From: Chloroflexota bacterium
GTDB taxonomy: Bacteria; Chloroflexota; UBA6077; CF-72
Assembly (NCBI GenBank): GCA_005883405.1
Contig: VBGG01000126.1
Location: 1 to 38,739 of the forward strand
Length of the DNA: 38,739 nucleotides
Direction: 5' to 3'
The translations under genes and the position numbers were made by a program. Shown in pieces: positions 28,682 through 36,746 of the stretch; the stretch's first letter is position 1; each line of letters starts with the position of its first letter. Below the pieces are notes generated by a model, which saw nothing but the letters and a program-made list of their open reading frames with translations, was not told where the DNA came from and searched no databases.

Positions 28682-28990
28682 TCAGCCGCGGCCGCCCGAG
28701 TGCCGAATAGCGTCGACCAGCTCCGCCTTGGTCATCTTGCTGCGACCCTCGATGTTCATCTCTTTGGCGCGGTTGTAGACCTCGTCTCGCGATCTGCTCT
28801 CGAGGCCGCGGTTCGGGTTGCCCGTGCCTTGCGTTCGCCGGTTGGGCGTCCGCCCTTCCATGCGTCGGCGTTTGTTCACGGTGCGGGCGGCGATCTCCTC
28901 CGCGCGGTCCTCGGACACACCACGCTCCTCAGACCCCTCCTTGATGTGTTCGTACATCCGCTCGTCTTTATTGCTCCAGGCTTTTGGCAT
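28682..28990 (-). CDS. Small basic protein with a C-terminal Rho-N-like helical motif
   Basis: WSNKDERMYEHIK, AEEIAARTVNK and YNRAKEMNIEGRSKMTKAELV motifs. Confidence 0.8.
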   Translation of the reverse strand: MPKAWSNKDERMYEHIKEGSEERGVSEDRAEEIAARTVNKRRRMEGRTPNRRTQGTGNPNRGLESRSRDEVYNRAKEMNIEGRSKMTKAELVDAIRHSGGRG

Positions 28991-29081
28991 ATCCCACTGA
29001 AAAGCAGATCGCGTGCCGTACTCGTCCCAGACGGTAGAATCTGTCGCCTGGATTGGCGCCGCGGGAATCGGCGTCCGTCTT

Positions 29082-29154
29082 GCGCCCGTAGCTCAGCGGA
29101 TAGAGCATCAGTCTTCGGAACTGAGGGTCGGGAGTTCGAATCTCTCCGGGCGCG
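29082..29154 (+). tRNA. tRNA-Arg, anticodon TCG (CCA not encoded)
   Basis: Acceptor stem GCGCCCG/CGGGCGC; anticodon stem TCAGT/ACTGA with loop CTTCGGA; T-loop TTCGAAT; TAGAAT -10 at 29035. Confidence 0.93.
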
Positions 29155-29272
29155 CCTCGTCAGGCGCGTACAGACCCGTGTCATAACAACAACTATCGAC
29201 ACGAGGCGTCACGTAGACCGTCACGCCGGACGCAAGCAGCGTCATCTGGACGTCACAATAAAGTCAGACTGT

Positions 29273-29350
29273 TGGGGTGAGCGACCGGGGTCGAACCGGC
29301 GACCTTCGGAGCCACAATCCGACGCTCTAACCAACTGAGCTACGCCCACC
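29273..29350 (-). tRNA. tRNA-His, anticodon GTG (G-1 and CCA encoded)
   Basis: G-GTGGGCG..TCGGA-TTGTGGC-TCCGA..GTTCGA..CGCTCAC-C-CCA; TATAAT at 29445-29450 on the minus strand. Confidence 0.95.
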
Positions 29351-29552
29351 ACGAACAAAAAGCGCTATTGGGCTCTCAAACAACGCCGGACATCCAGGCC
29401 GTGTGGCTTTCAGGCGGAGATGGGCGGGCGTTCCGAGCGGCCCGATTATATCTGAATTCGGGGCGCACGGGCGAGCGCCCACACGCCGGTCAGGGTCGAC
29501 GCTGGCCCCGGGCTAGCAGAACGCCCGCGGCCGACGGGCAGCAAGCAGAACG

Positions 29553-30158
29553 TCAGCCCGCGGCCGACAGCAGCACGCGAGAGCTATTCAGGCGTGCCGT
29601 CGCCCGCGTCAGACAGTGCCGCGCTCCAGCCGAGAGGTCGCGGCAACGTGTCAAGTCTTCGATCGTCGCCTCCCTGTTCAAGGCCAGCGAGGCGGCGTCG
29701 GCGCGCGTCATCCCCGCGATGCGCCGCTGATGCAGATCAGGCGGATACCGCCACCAGGTGGCGTGCTCAGTCGACTCCAGGGCTTCTGTCGGCTCGGCGG
29801 GCGCGGACACCAGCCGAGCCACCACGTCGACGAGCTCGTCCAGGTCAAACGGCTTCGCCATGAACGCCTGCACGTTGAGTGCCTGGGTCAGTCGCGCCGG
29901 GTCGTGTTCCGCGGTCATCACCGCCACCGGCACGTCGGCTAGCGCGGGGTCGGCCCGGCAGACCCGCAGGAAGGTCTGCCCATCCATGATCGGCATGTTG
30001 AGATCGAGCACCACGCCGTGCGGCAGCGCCTTACGCATACGATCGAGCGCCTCCGCCCCATTGGCGGCGACGACGGCGGTATAACCCGCATCGCGAAGCA
30101 CCTGACTGACTATGGTGCGTATGTCCGGCTCGTCGTCCACGACGAGGACGCGCTTCAA
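29553..30158 (-). CDS. Response regulator receiver protein with an uncharacterised C-terminal helical extension
   Basis: VLVVDDE, VLDLNMP and AKPFD motifs, followed by about 80 extra residues. Confidence 0.82.
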   Translation of the reverse strand: MKRVLVVDDEPDIRTIVSQVLRDAGYTAVVAANGAEALDRMRKALPHGVVLDLNMPIMDGQTFLRVCRADPALADVPVAVMTAEHDPARLTQALNVQAFMAKPFDLDELVDVVARLVSAPAEPTEALESTEHATWWRYPPDLHQRRIAGMTRADAASLALNREATIEDLTRCRDLSAGARHCLTRATARLNSSRVLLSAAG

Positions 30159-30245
30159 GGCACTGGCCTGCCCCTACGCGGCCCCGCAGAATGCGTGCCA
30201 CGCCGTCCCCACACGCCGACGTAGAATGCCGCCGCGAGCACGTGA

Positions 30246-31025
30246 GTGCCGGGGGAGAAGGCTCTGAGCTTGAATCCGAGCGTCTCGGTCGTCATTCGAG
30301 CCAAGAACGAGGCGCGCTTCATCGGCGAGACGCTGGAAGCCATCTTCACCCCCGAGGCGGTGCGTCGTCCCCGCCATGTCGTCGTAGTCGACTCGGGCTC
30401 GACCGATGGCACGCAGGCAATCGTCAACGCGTTTCCCACCACCCTGATTCAGATCCGTCCCGACGAATTCACGTATGGCTACGCGCTCAACCTGGGCGTG
30501 GCCAATTGCGACGCGGAGATCGTGGCCACGCTGAGTGCGCACTCGCTGCCGAGCAGTCCCGATTGGCTGCTCAATCTGGTCGAGCCGTTTACCCGACCGC
30601 GAGTTGCCGGCGTGTATGGCCGCCAACTGCCACGGTCGAACGCGACCATCTTCGAGCTACTCGGCATGCGGCTCACTGGCGTGCTGAGCGACACGCCTCG
30701 CGTCCTGGATCGTCAACCGCTCTTCTCGAATGCCAACGGTGCGTTCCGAAGATCGCTGTGGCTGGAGCACCCGTTCGATGAAAACGTCGGCGGCGCCGAA
30801 GACATCGCCTGGGTGCGCACGATGCAAGAACGCGGCTACCTGATTGCCTACCAGCCGACGGCGTCGGTGTACCACTCGCATGGGGAGCCGATCTGGCGAC
30901 ATCTGCGGCGCGCCAGCCGCGACGTGCCGACCGTGGTCGGCAACTTCTTGCACCTTGGCTCTGGTGGTCACGTGGTCCACAAGCCAGTGCAAGCGGACCC
31001 GGTCACGCGACCCGCGCCCGACTAG
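30246..31025 (+). CDS. GT2-family glycosyltransferase (rhamnosyltransferase-like); start uncertain
   Basis: SVVIRAKNE, VVDSGSTD, LSAH, FSNAN, AEDIAW and VYHSH motifs. Confidence 0.88.
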   Translation: MPGEKALSLNPSVSVVIRAKNEARFIGETLEAIFTPEAVRRPRHVVVVDSGSTDGTQAIVNAFPTTLIQIRPDEFTYGYALNLGVANCDAEIVATLSAHSLPSSPDWLLNLVEPFTRPRVAGVYGRQLPRSNATIFELLGMRLTGVLSDTPRVLDRQPLFSNANGAFRRSLWLEHPFDENVGGAEDIAWVRTMQERGYLIAYQPTASVYHSHGEPIWRHLRRASRDVPTVVGNFLHLGSGGHVVHKPVQADPVTRPAPD

Positions 31026-32958
31026 CTCCCGCTTTGGCAGCGGGGGCCATCGGCAGGCGCACCCAGAATGCCGATCCGCGCCCGAGCGTACTCCTGACGC
31101 CGATGCTGCCCGCGTGGGCTTCCACCAGTTGTCGCGCGACCGCCAGGCCCAGGCCGGTGCCGCGCACCGCCAGGGTCGCGCCATGCCTGCCGCGATAGAA
31201 CTTTTCGAAGATGCGTTCGCAGTCTTCGGCGGCGATGCCGGTGCCCTGATCGATCACCTGGATCTCGACGCTCTCGTCGACAACGGCGGCGCTGATGCGA
31301 ATCTCGGTGCCCCGCGCCGAGTAGCGAGCCGCGTTCGACAACAGATTGTTCATCACCTGGCCGAGCCGATCGGCGTCGGCCATCACGCTCGGGAGTGGCG
31401 CCGCCAGCTGAGCGACCACGTGGTGGGTCGGAGTGGCCTGGCCAAAGCCGCTTGCGACGCGCGTGAGCCACGTGGCGAGATCGAGGCGGTCGGTCTTGAG
31501 CTCGATGCGGCCGGCGTCCAACCGCGACGTGTCGAGCAAATCGTCGACCAGCCGCAACATCAACGCCGAGCTGGTGTGAATCTCATCGGCGCTCTGGCGG
31601 ATCGTGCCTGGCTCGGTCAGCATGCCGTCGACCATGAGCTCGGAATAGCCGTGGATGATCGTGAGCGGCGTGCGGAGCTCGTGCGAGACCTGGCCAAGGA
31701 ACTCGTCCTTGAGGCGCGCTACTTCTCGCAGTGCCTCCATCTCGCGCCGCGCCTCCGCCTGGCCCGCCTCGCGATGCAATCGAGCAGTCTCCTGCGCCAG
31801 GCGTGCCGTCTCCAGCGTGACGGCGGCATAGTCGGCGAGCGTCTTGAGCACGAGCATCTGATCGAGATCGAAGAAGGCTGCCCGACCAGCATTCACCTCG
31901 CGCCAGGCGATCAATCCGCCCACGGGCCGCCCGTAGCCGGCGCCGAAGGGGATGGCCGCGACCGCAAGTCGAGCGCAGCGTACGTCCTCTGGTACCCAGG
32001 TCGGGACGACTCGGCCTGGCCCGATGTGCAAGTCGATCTGGCGCGGCTCGAGAACCAGCTGCTCGAGGATTGCCGCGCGCAGCGCCGGGCGGTCCACCTC
32101 GCACGCGACGTGCTCGGAGAACGCGGGCGGCGAGCCCATCGGCACAAGCGCCAGGCCGTCGAGCTTGAGCCCTTCGAGGACCGCACCCTCGGCGATCGCC
32201 TGGAACGCCCGCTCAGGATCGAGCGTGCCGACCACCGCACGTCCGACCGCGCTGGTAACGGCCATATTGCGCGAGCGGCGGTCGGCGCGGTCCATGGCCT
32301 GTTTTGCCAAATACAGCAGCCCGGCTGGCACGAGCAACATGGGCGCCCAGTTCGGGGCCGAATTCAGCATCGCCGCGAGCATTGCCCCGACGGTGCCGAG
32401 TCCTACCTCGCCCATGGTTTGCACCGAGAGGTTGCCGCGCGTCACCTCCCATACTGGACGACGTTTATCGAGGGCGACCACCACCGCGACCAGACCCGCC
32501 GAAACGACGCAGTAGCTGCAGCTCACGACGATGGCGATCAGCGGATCGGTCCAGCTCCCACCCGGCGACACTCGATCGGGACCGCCAAAGCGCGTGGCCA
32601 GATGGGCCGCGGCGCCGACCGCCAGGGTTATGCTGGCCACGTTGAAGGCCAGTTTCGGCGGCGCCAGCGGGTGACGCAGCGCGCGTAAGCCCACGCCCAA
32701 CGCGGCGATGGCCATCGCCAGGCCTGGCGGCAGCAGAAACGCGGCGGCGATGTGGGCCACCGCGCTCGCGTTGGTGTACCAGCCGCGCCGGACTTCAAAA
32801 TGCAAGTGATCACCGATCGCGGACAACACGATTAGCGCGATCGTGACTCCGGCCGACCACGCGTACGGCCACTGAGCAACTACGCTCAGATCGTGGCCGA
32901 GCAGCAGAACTGCGTTCGCCACGACCAGCGCGATGTACAACTTGAGCAAGGGTCCCAT
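31003..32958 (-). CDS. Sensor histidine kinase with polytopic membrane input domain, GAF-like region, HisKA and HATPase
   Basis: About 7 N-terminal TM segments (including PPKLAFNVAS); SHELRTPL, NLLSNA, DQGTGI and GTGLGL motifs. Confidence 0.9.
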   Translation of the reverse strand: MGPLLKLYIALVVANAVLLLGHDLSVVAQWPYAWSAGVTIALIVLSAIGDHLHFEVRRGWYTNASAVAHIAAAFLLPPGLAMAIAALGVGLRALRHPLAPPKLAFNVASITLAVGAAAHLATRFGGPDRVSPGGSWTDPLIAIVVSCSYCVVSAGLVAVVVALDKRRPVWEVTRGNLSVQTMGEVGLGTVGAMLAAMLNSAPNWAPMLLVPAGLLYLAKQAMDRADRRSRNMAVTSAVGRAVVGTLDPERAFQAIAEGAVLEGLKLDGLALVPMGSPPAFSEHVACEVDRPALRAAILEQLVLEPRQIDLHIGPGRVVPTWVPEDVRCARLAVAAIPFGAGYGRPVGGLIAWREVNAGRAAFFDLDQMLVLKTLADYAAVTLETARLAQETARLHREAGQAEARREMEALREVARLKDEFLGQVSHELRTPLTIIHGYSELMVDGMLTEPGTIRQSADEIHTSSALMLRLVDDLLDTSRLDAGRIELKTDRLDLATWLTRVASGFGQATPTHHVVAQLAAPLPSVMADADRLGQVMNNLLSNAARYSARGTEIRISAAVVDESVEIQVIDQGTGIAAEDCERIFEKFYRGRHGATLAVRGTGLGLAVARQLVEAHAGSIGVRSTLGRGSAFWVRLPMAPAAKAGASRARVA

Positions 32959-33053
32959 ACCAGGTGCCAGGGCGCCGCTCGGTTGGAGCTCCTGCCTGCG
33001 TCTCGCGCAGGCAGGAATGTTCCAGCTAAACGTTGGCCAAGCTCAGATCCAGT

Positions 33054-33203
33054 TCAGCTCCAGCCGAAACCGGTCAGGCCAGCCAGCATGCGAACGATGC
33101 CATCCGCCATGTGGATCGAAACGGGGACGAAAAGAACCGCCAGCAGCGTCGGAGCTGCCTCTCGTTTTGGGAATCGCTCCCACCAACTCGCGAAGAACTG
33201 CAC
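33054..33203 (-). CDS. 49-aa hydrophobic peptide ending GFGWS; candidate signal-peptide precursor
   Basis: GGGAGGG SD then GTG at 33203: MQFFASWWERFPKREAAPTLLAVLFVPVSIHMADGIVRMLAGLTGFGWS. It lies 95 bp upstream of the kinase on the same strand. Confidence 0.62.
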   Translation of the reverse strand: MQFFASWWERFPKREAAPTLLAVLFVPVSIHMADGIVRMLAGLTGFGWS

Positions 33204-33229
33204 TAATCCCTCCCACCGTGTATCGTTCC

Positions 33230-33254
33230 GGTCACGTATTACAAAAACGTGACC
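33230..33254. promoter_or_regulatory. Palindrome GGTCACGT-N9-ACGTGACC upstream of the peptide gene
   Basis: Perfect 8-bp inverted repeat; either an operator or a 5' hairpin. Confidence 0.45.
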
Positions 33255-33423
33255 TGTCCGACTATCGCTTGTGCATGGCCCGTTTGGACTCCCCCATCCG
33301 GGGTGTTTCGAACAGCCAGAAGTACCGGCCACCCCGGTACTTTCGGCTGCCCCACCGCAACCCGTGGGCAGCCGAGCTCGAACGCCTACTCGGCGCAGGC
33401 CAGTTGCGCCTCGCAAGACGGCA

Positions 33424-33439
33424 TGTTACGAATTGTTAC
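33424..33439. promoter_or_regulatory. Direct repeat TGTTAC-N4-TGTTAC; candidate OmpR-family binding site
   Basis: 10-bp-period direct repeat in the divergent promoter region. Confidence 0.5.
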
Positions 33440-33480
33440 ACAAGGGGAGCTGAGCATCGCCGACCACGGAGGTTGACTTA

Positions 33481-34233
33481 GTGGCCGAGACGTCGATTCT
33501 GCTTGTGGAAGACGACCTGGATACGGCGCGGTCGCTAACCAAGGCATTGGAGGCCAGTGGCTATCACGTCACGGCCGTTGACACCGGACTCGAAGCTCGC
33601 TCGATCATCGAGCACGTGCATCCCGATCTGATCCTGCTCGATCTGATGCTGCCCGACACCGACGGCCTGGTGTTGACGACCGCGCTCAAGACGATCACCA
33701 GCGCCCCGATCATTATCTGTAGTGCCCGCACGGAGCAGGTCGATCGTGTACTGGGCCTGAAGCTCGGCGCCGACGACTTCGTCGCCAAGCCGTTCGACCT
33801 CGACGAGCTCGAGGCGCGCATCGAGGCGGTCCTGCGCCGCGCCTCGCGTGTGCGCGAGGCCTCGAACGTCCCGCCCGATCAGATTCAGGTCGGCGAGCTG
33901 ATCGTCTCGCAATCGCGGGGAAGCGTGACGCTGAGCGGACAGCCAGTGCACCTGACGCCGACCGAGTATCGGCTGCTGGTGGCGCTGGCCAGCCGGCCCG
34001 ACGAGGTGCTCACCCGCGAAGTGTTGGGGCAGCTCGTGTGGGGATACCAGGACCTGGGTACCGGGCACCTGATCGACGTGCATATCGGACGTCTGCGCCT
34101 CAAGCTGCGCCGCGTGTCCCGGTCGGCGCCCGTGATTGTGACTGTCCGCGGCAAGGGCTACACCATCGCGTCTGAAGGCGCCGAAGCGGCCGCCGGATCG
34201 GAGCACTCCACCGAAGCCTCGCCAGGCGTCTAG
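33481..34233 (+). CDS. OmpR/PhoB-family response regulator
   Basis: GGAGG RBS; receiver domain plus winged helix (LTPTEY, VWGY, IDVHIGRLRLKL, TVRGKGY). Confidence 0.93.
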   Translation: MAETSILLVEDDLDTARSLTKALEASGYHVTAVDTGLEARSIIEHVHPDLILLDLMLPDTDGLVLTTALKTITSAPIIICSARTEQVDRVLGLKLGADDFVAKPFDLDELEARIEAVLRRASRVREASNVPPDQIQVGELIVSQSRGSVTLSGQPVHLTPTEYRLLVALASRPDEVLTREVLGQLVWGYQDLGTGHLIDVHIGRLRLKLRRVSRSAPVIVTVRGKGYTIASEGAEAAAGSEHSTEASPGV

Positions 34234-34246
34234 CGACCGGCCAGAG

Positions 34247-34295
34247 CGCGGCCACCGGACTTCGACTCGACAGGGTTTCGGCCGCGTTTTTGGGC
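34247..34295 (+). repeat. Degenerate B unit of the repeat family; may act as a terminator
   Basis: CGCGGCCACCGGACTTCGA..TTTCGGCCGCGTTTTT compared with CGCGGCCACCGAGATTTCGA..TTTCGGCCGCGTT. Confidence 0.6.
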
Positions 34296-34415
34296 TCCGC
34301 GCCGAGGGGGACGCTCAACCCGATCTCAACTCCGGCGGCATTCGCACCGTGGGGATGCTCAACAACTCAGCCCTACGATCCGCGGTGGAATGTACCTGGC
34401 GGAGGCGCGACCACA

Positions 34416-36746
34416 ATGACCGAGCTTAGCGGCACGTTGGACGGGGTTGGACTGCCGGCCATCGTGCGCTTCCTCGCCGGCCTGAAGAAGACGGGATGCC
34501 TGCGCGTCTCTCACGGGGACTGGCAGGGTGAGGTCTTCTTCGATGCGGGTCAGGTGACTGGCGCGAGGCTCGGTTCGCGTTCGGGTTTATCGGCGCTGGA
34601 TGCGTTGGTGCAGGCGCTGCCGAGCGGTAGTTTCGCGTTCGCGGCATCGGAGCGTGCCGAGGGCGGCCCGACGATCCACATGTCCCCCGAGGTCTTCGAG
34701 GCGCACCTGGACGAGCTGGCCTCGCGTTCCGCGACCGGCATGCCGAAGCTTCCACCGGTCGATGCGGTGCCCTCGTTAGTCGCCGACCACGACCCGAACC
34801 GAGGTGAAGAGCCACTGGCCCTGGACCGGGGCACGCTGCAGACGCTTCTGGCGGTCGATGGACAGCGGACGGTGCGCGACATCGTGGCGCACCGGGGGTC
34901 CTTCGATGCCCTGTGGCAGCTTCGCAACCTGGTCGAAATTGGCCTGGTGCGGCTCGAAGCGCGCGCCGCCACCGTGGTTGCCTCTCAACCGCGCGTGCAT
35001 GAGCCGGCGATCGTGCGGCCCTTCCCAGTGCCGGACCAGGCGTCTACCGCTTCGAGCCACTGCCCGAAGCTGGGTTTCGAGGACGACCCGAGCAACTCAT
35101 TCGGTCGGCCAACACGGCTACACCGCTGCTTTGCGGCCGGGACGGCGCAGCCATTGTCCCTCGACCAGCAGCGCGAGCTGTGTCTCAGCGACCACTTCGG
35201 ATCGTGCCCGCGGCTAACGATGCCCGCGATGACGCTAGAGGCTGAGGCCGAGGCGGCTGCGCGAGCCGTGCCTGATGATCCACGCATCGTCCGCCTGCCG
35301 TCGGTCGCGCGAGCCACCGCGGCGGCTCGCAACGGAACTGCCAGTGCCGCGCCGTCTGTCACGCAGCGGCGCGCGCCGAGTCAGGATGTCGGTGCCGCAC
35401 GATCGACACCCCTGCGCGCGCGGATCGAGCGGCAGGCTCGGCCCGCGTCGGATGCCGCGGTCGCCGAGCCGCCTCTACCCGAACCAGCCGTACGGTTCGC
35501 GCCCGAGGCACGTCCGGTGCAGCCAAAGGCTGCGACGCGGGCGCTGTTCATGGACCCGCTCGGCGTCCGTGTGCGCGGCGTGCGTTTGTCGTCGCTCGGC
35601 GCGGGTCTCGTCGGCGTGCTGGTGCTGGCCGTGTTCGGTTATTTGCTGGCGCCGAAGCTGGCCTCGCTGCTTGCCGACGATACGATTGACGCGTCACGAC
35701 TGCCAAACACCAGTGCAATAGCCGCGGGCACGCCTGTCGCGCAGATCACGTCGTCGCGGCAGACGCCGGCGCGGTCCGCCGCCCAATCCGCGGTGGCCAG
35801 CAATCCGCCTGGCGCTGCCGCTGTCCAGACGACAGCTGCCAGCAATCCGACCGGTGCTGCCGAGGCCCAGACTGCGGGGGCAACTAGTCCGAGCGGCGCT
35901 GCTGCTGCCCAGATGACGGTGGCGAGTAATCCGAACGGGGCTGCGGCTGCCCAGACCACGGGGGCGAGCAATCCGAACGGGGCTGCCGCCGCCCAGACCA
36001 CAGCGCCCGCCAATCCGAGTGGCACAGCCGCCCAACCAGCGGCGGCGGCCATTAGGCCGAATCCCGCCGCCGCCAGTGCTGCTGCTGCCGCTGCGAGTGC
36101 CGCCGCGGCGCGCGTCCAACCCACCCTCGCGCCAACCATCGCGCCAACCCCGGCTCAGCCAACCGCGGTACTGACCGCGGCTGCCCGTACCCTGCTCGAC
36201 GAAGACTTCACCGCTAGCGCCTTGAATTGGCCGAACGATCCGCAAGGCACGGCATGGCTCACCAGCGGCAGCTATCGGCTGGCGACGCGCGATGCGAGCA
36301 AGTTCGTGGCGATCAGCGCTCCGGTCGCGCAGACCCCGAACGATGTCGTCGTCAGTGCCACGTTACGCAAGGTGAGCGGGCCGATCGGCGGTGGCTATGG
36401 CATTATCCTCCGCGACCAGGGGCCCCTGCCGCAGGAGGGCACGCGCCAGGACGGCCGTTATTACGTGCTCGAGGTCGGTGACAAGGGCGAGGTCGGGATC
36501 TGGCGACGAGAGTCCGACCACTGGGTCGACGTGCTGCCCTGGCAGCACTCCGATATTGTGAAGACCGACTCGTCGACCAACGAGTTGACGGTTCGCGCGA
36601 TCGGCAACACGCTGAGCCTGTTCGTCAACGGCACACAGGTCACCACCCGAACGGACGACGCGCTCACCTTTGGCAGCGTCGGCTTGTTCGTCGGCGGCGA
36701 CGGCAACCAGGTGGCTGTCGAACACTTCAGCGTTCAGACGCCCTGA
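34416..36746 (+). CDS. Membrane protein: DUF4388/PATAN-like domain, Cys/His motif, TM helix, repeat stalk and C-terminal DUF1080-like beta-sandwich
   Basis: GGAGG RBS; LSGTLDGVGLPAIVRFL..KTGCLRV; CPKLG..HRC..C..CP; TM helix; GGYGII..NELTVRAIG..LFVNG..GSVGLF. Confidence 0.8.
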   Translation: MTELSGTLDGVGLPAIVRFLAGLKKTGCLRVSHGDWQGEVFFDAGQVTGARLGSRSGLSALDALVQALPSGSFAFAASERAEGGPTIHMSPEVFEAHLDELASRSATGMPKLPPVDAVPSLVADHDPNRGEEPLALDRGTLQTLLAVDGQRTVRDIVAHRGSFDALWQLRNLVEIGLVRLEARAATVVASQPRVHEPAIVRPFPVPDQASTASSHCPKLGFEDDPSNSFGRPTRLHRCFAAGTAQPLSLDQQRELCLSDHFGSCPRLTMPAMTLEAEAEAAARAVPDDPRIVRLPSVARATAAARNGTASAAPSVTQRRAPSQDVGAARSTPLRARIERQARPASDAAVAEPPLPEPAVRFAPEARPVQPKAATRALFMDPLGVRVRGVRLSSLGAGLVGVLVLAVFGYLLAPKLASLLADDTIDASRLPNTSAIAAGTPVAQITSSRQTPARSAAQSAVASNPPGAAAVQTTAASNPTGAAEAQTAGATSPSGAAAAQMTVASNPNGAAAAQTTGASNPNGAAAAQTTAPANPSGTAAQPAAAAIRPNPAAASAAAAAASAAAARVQPTLAPTIAPTPAQPTAVLTAAARTLLDEDFTASALNWPNDPQGTAWLTSGSYRLATRDASKFVAISAPVAQTPNDVVVSATLRKVSGPIGGGYGIILRDQGPLPQEGTRQDGRYYVLEVGDKGEVGIWRRESDHWVDVLPWQHSDIVKTDSSTNELTVRAIGNTLSLFVNGTQVTTRTDDALTFGSVGLFVGGDGNQVAVEHFSVQTP
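35796..36035 (+). repeat. Coding 42-bp tandem repeat, about 6 copies (ASNPxGAAAAQTTx)
   Basis: Visible in both the DNA and the translation. Confidence 0.85.

Noticed and set aside
28682-28990. Toxin-antitoxin or plasmid stabilisation gene
   Set aside because: It has no RelE/ParE features and no partner gene; only a Rho-N-like motif is supported.
29516-29576. Short imperfect duplication GCAGAACG..CCCGCGGCCGAC..GCAGCA
   Set aside because: Only two copies at a gene end; probably local slippage.
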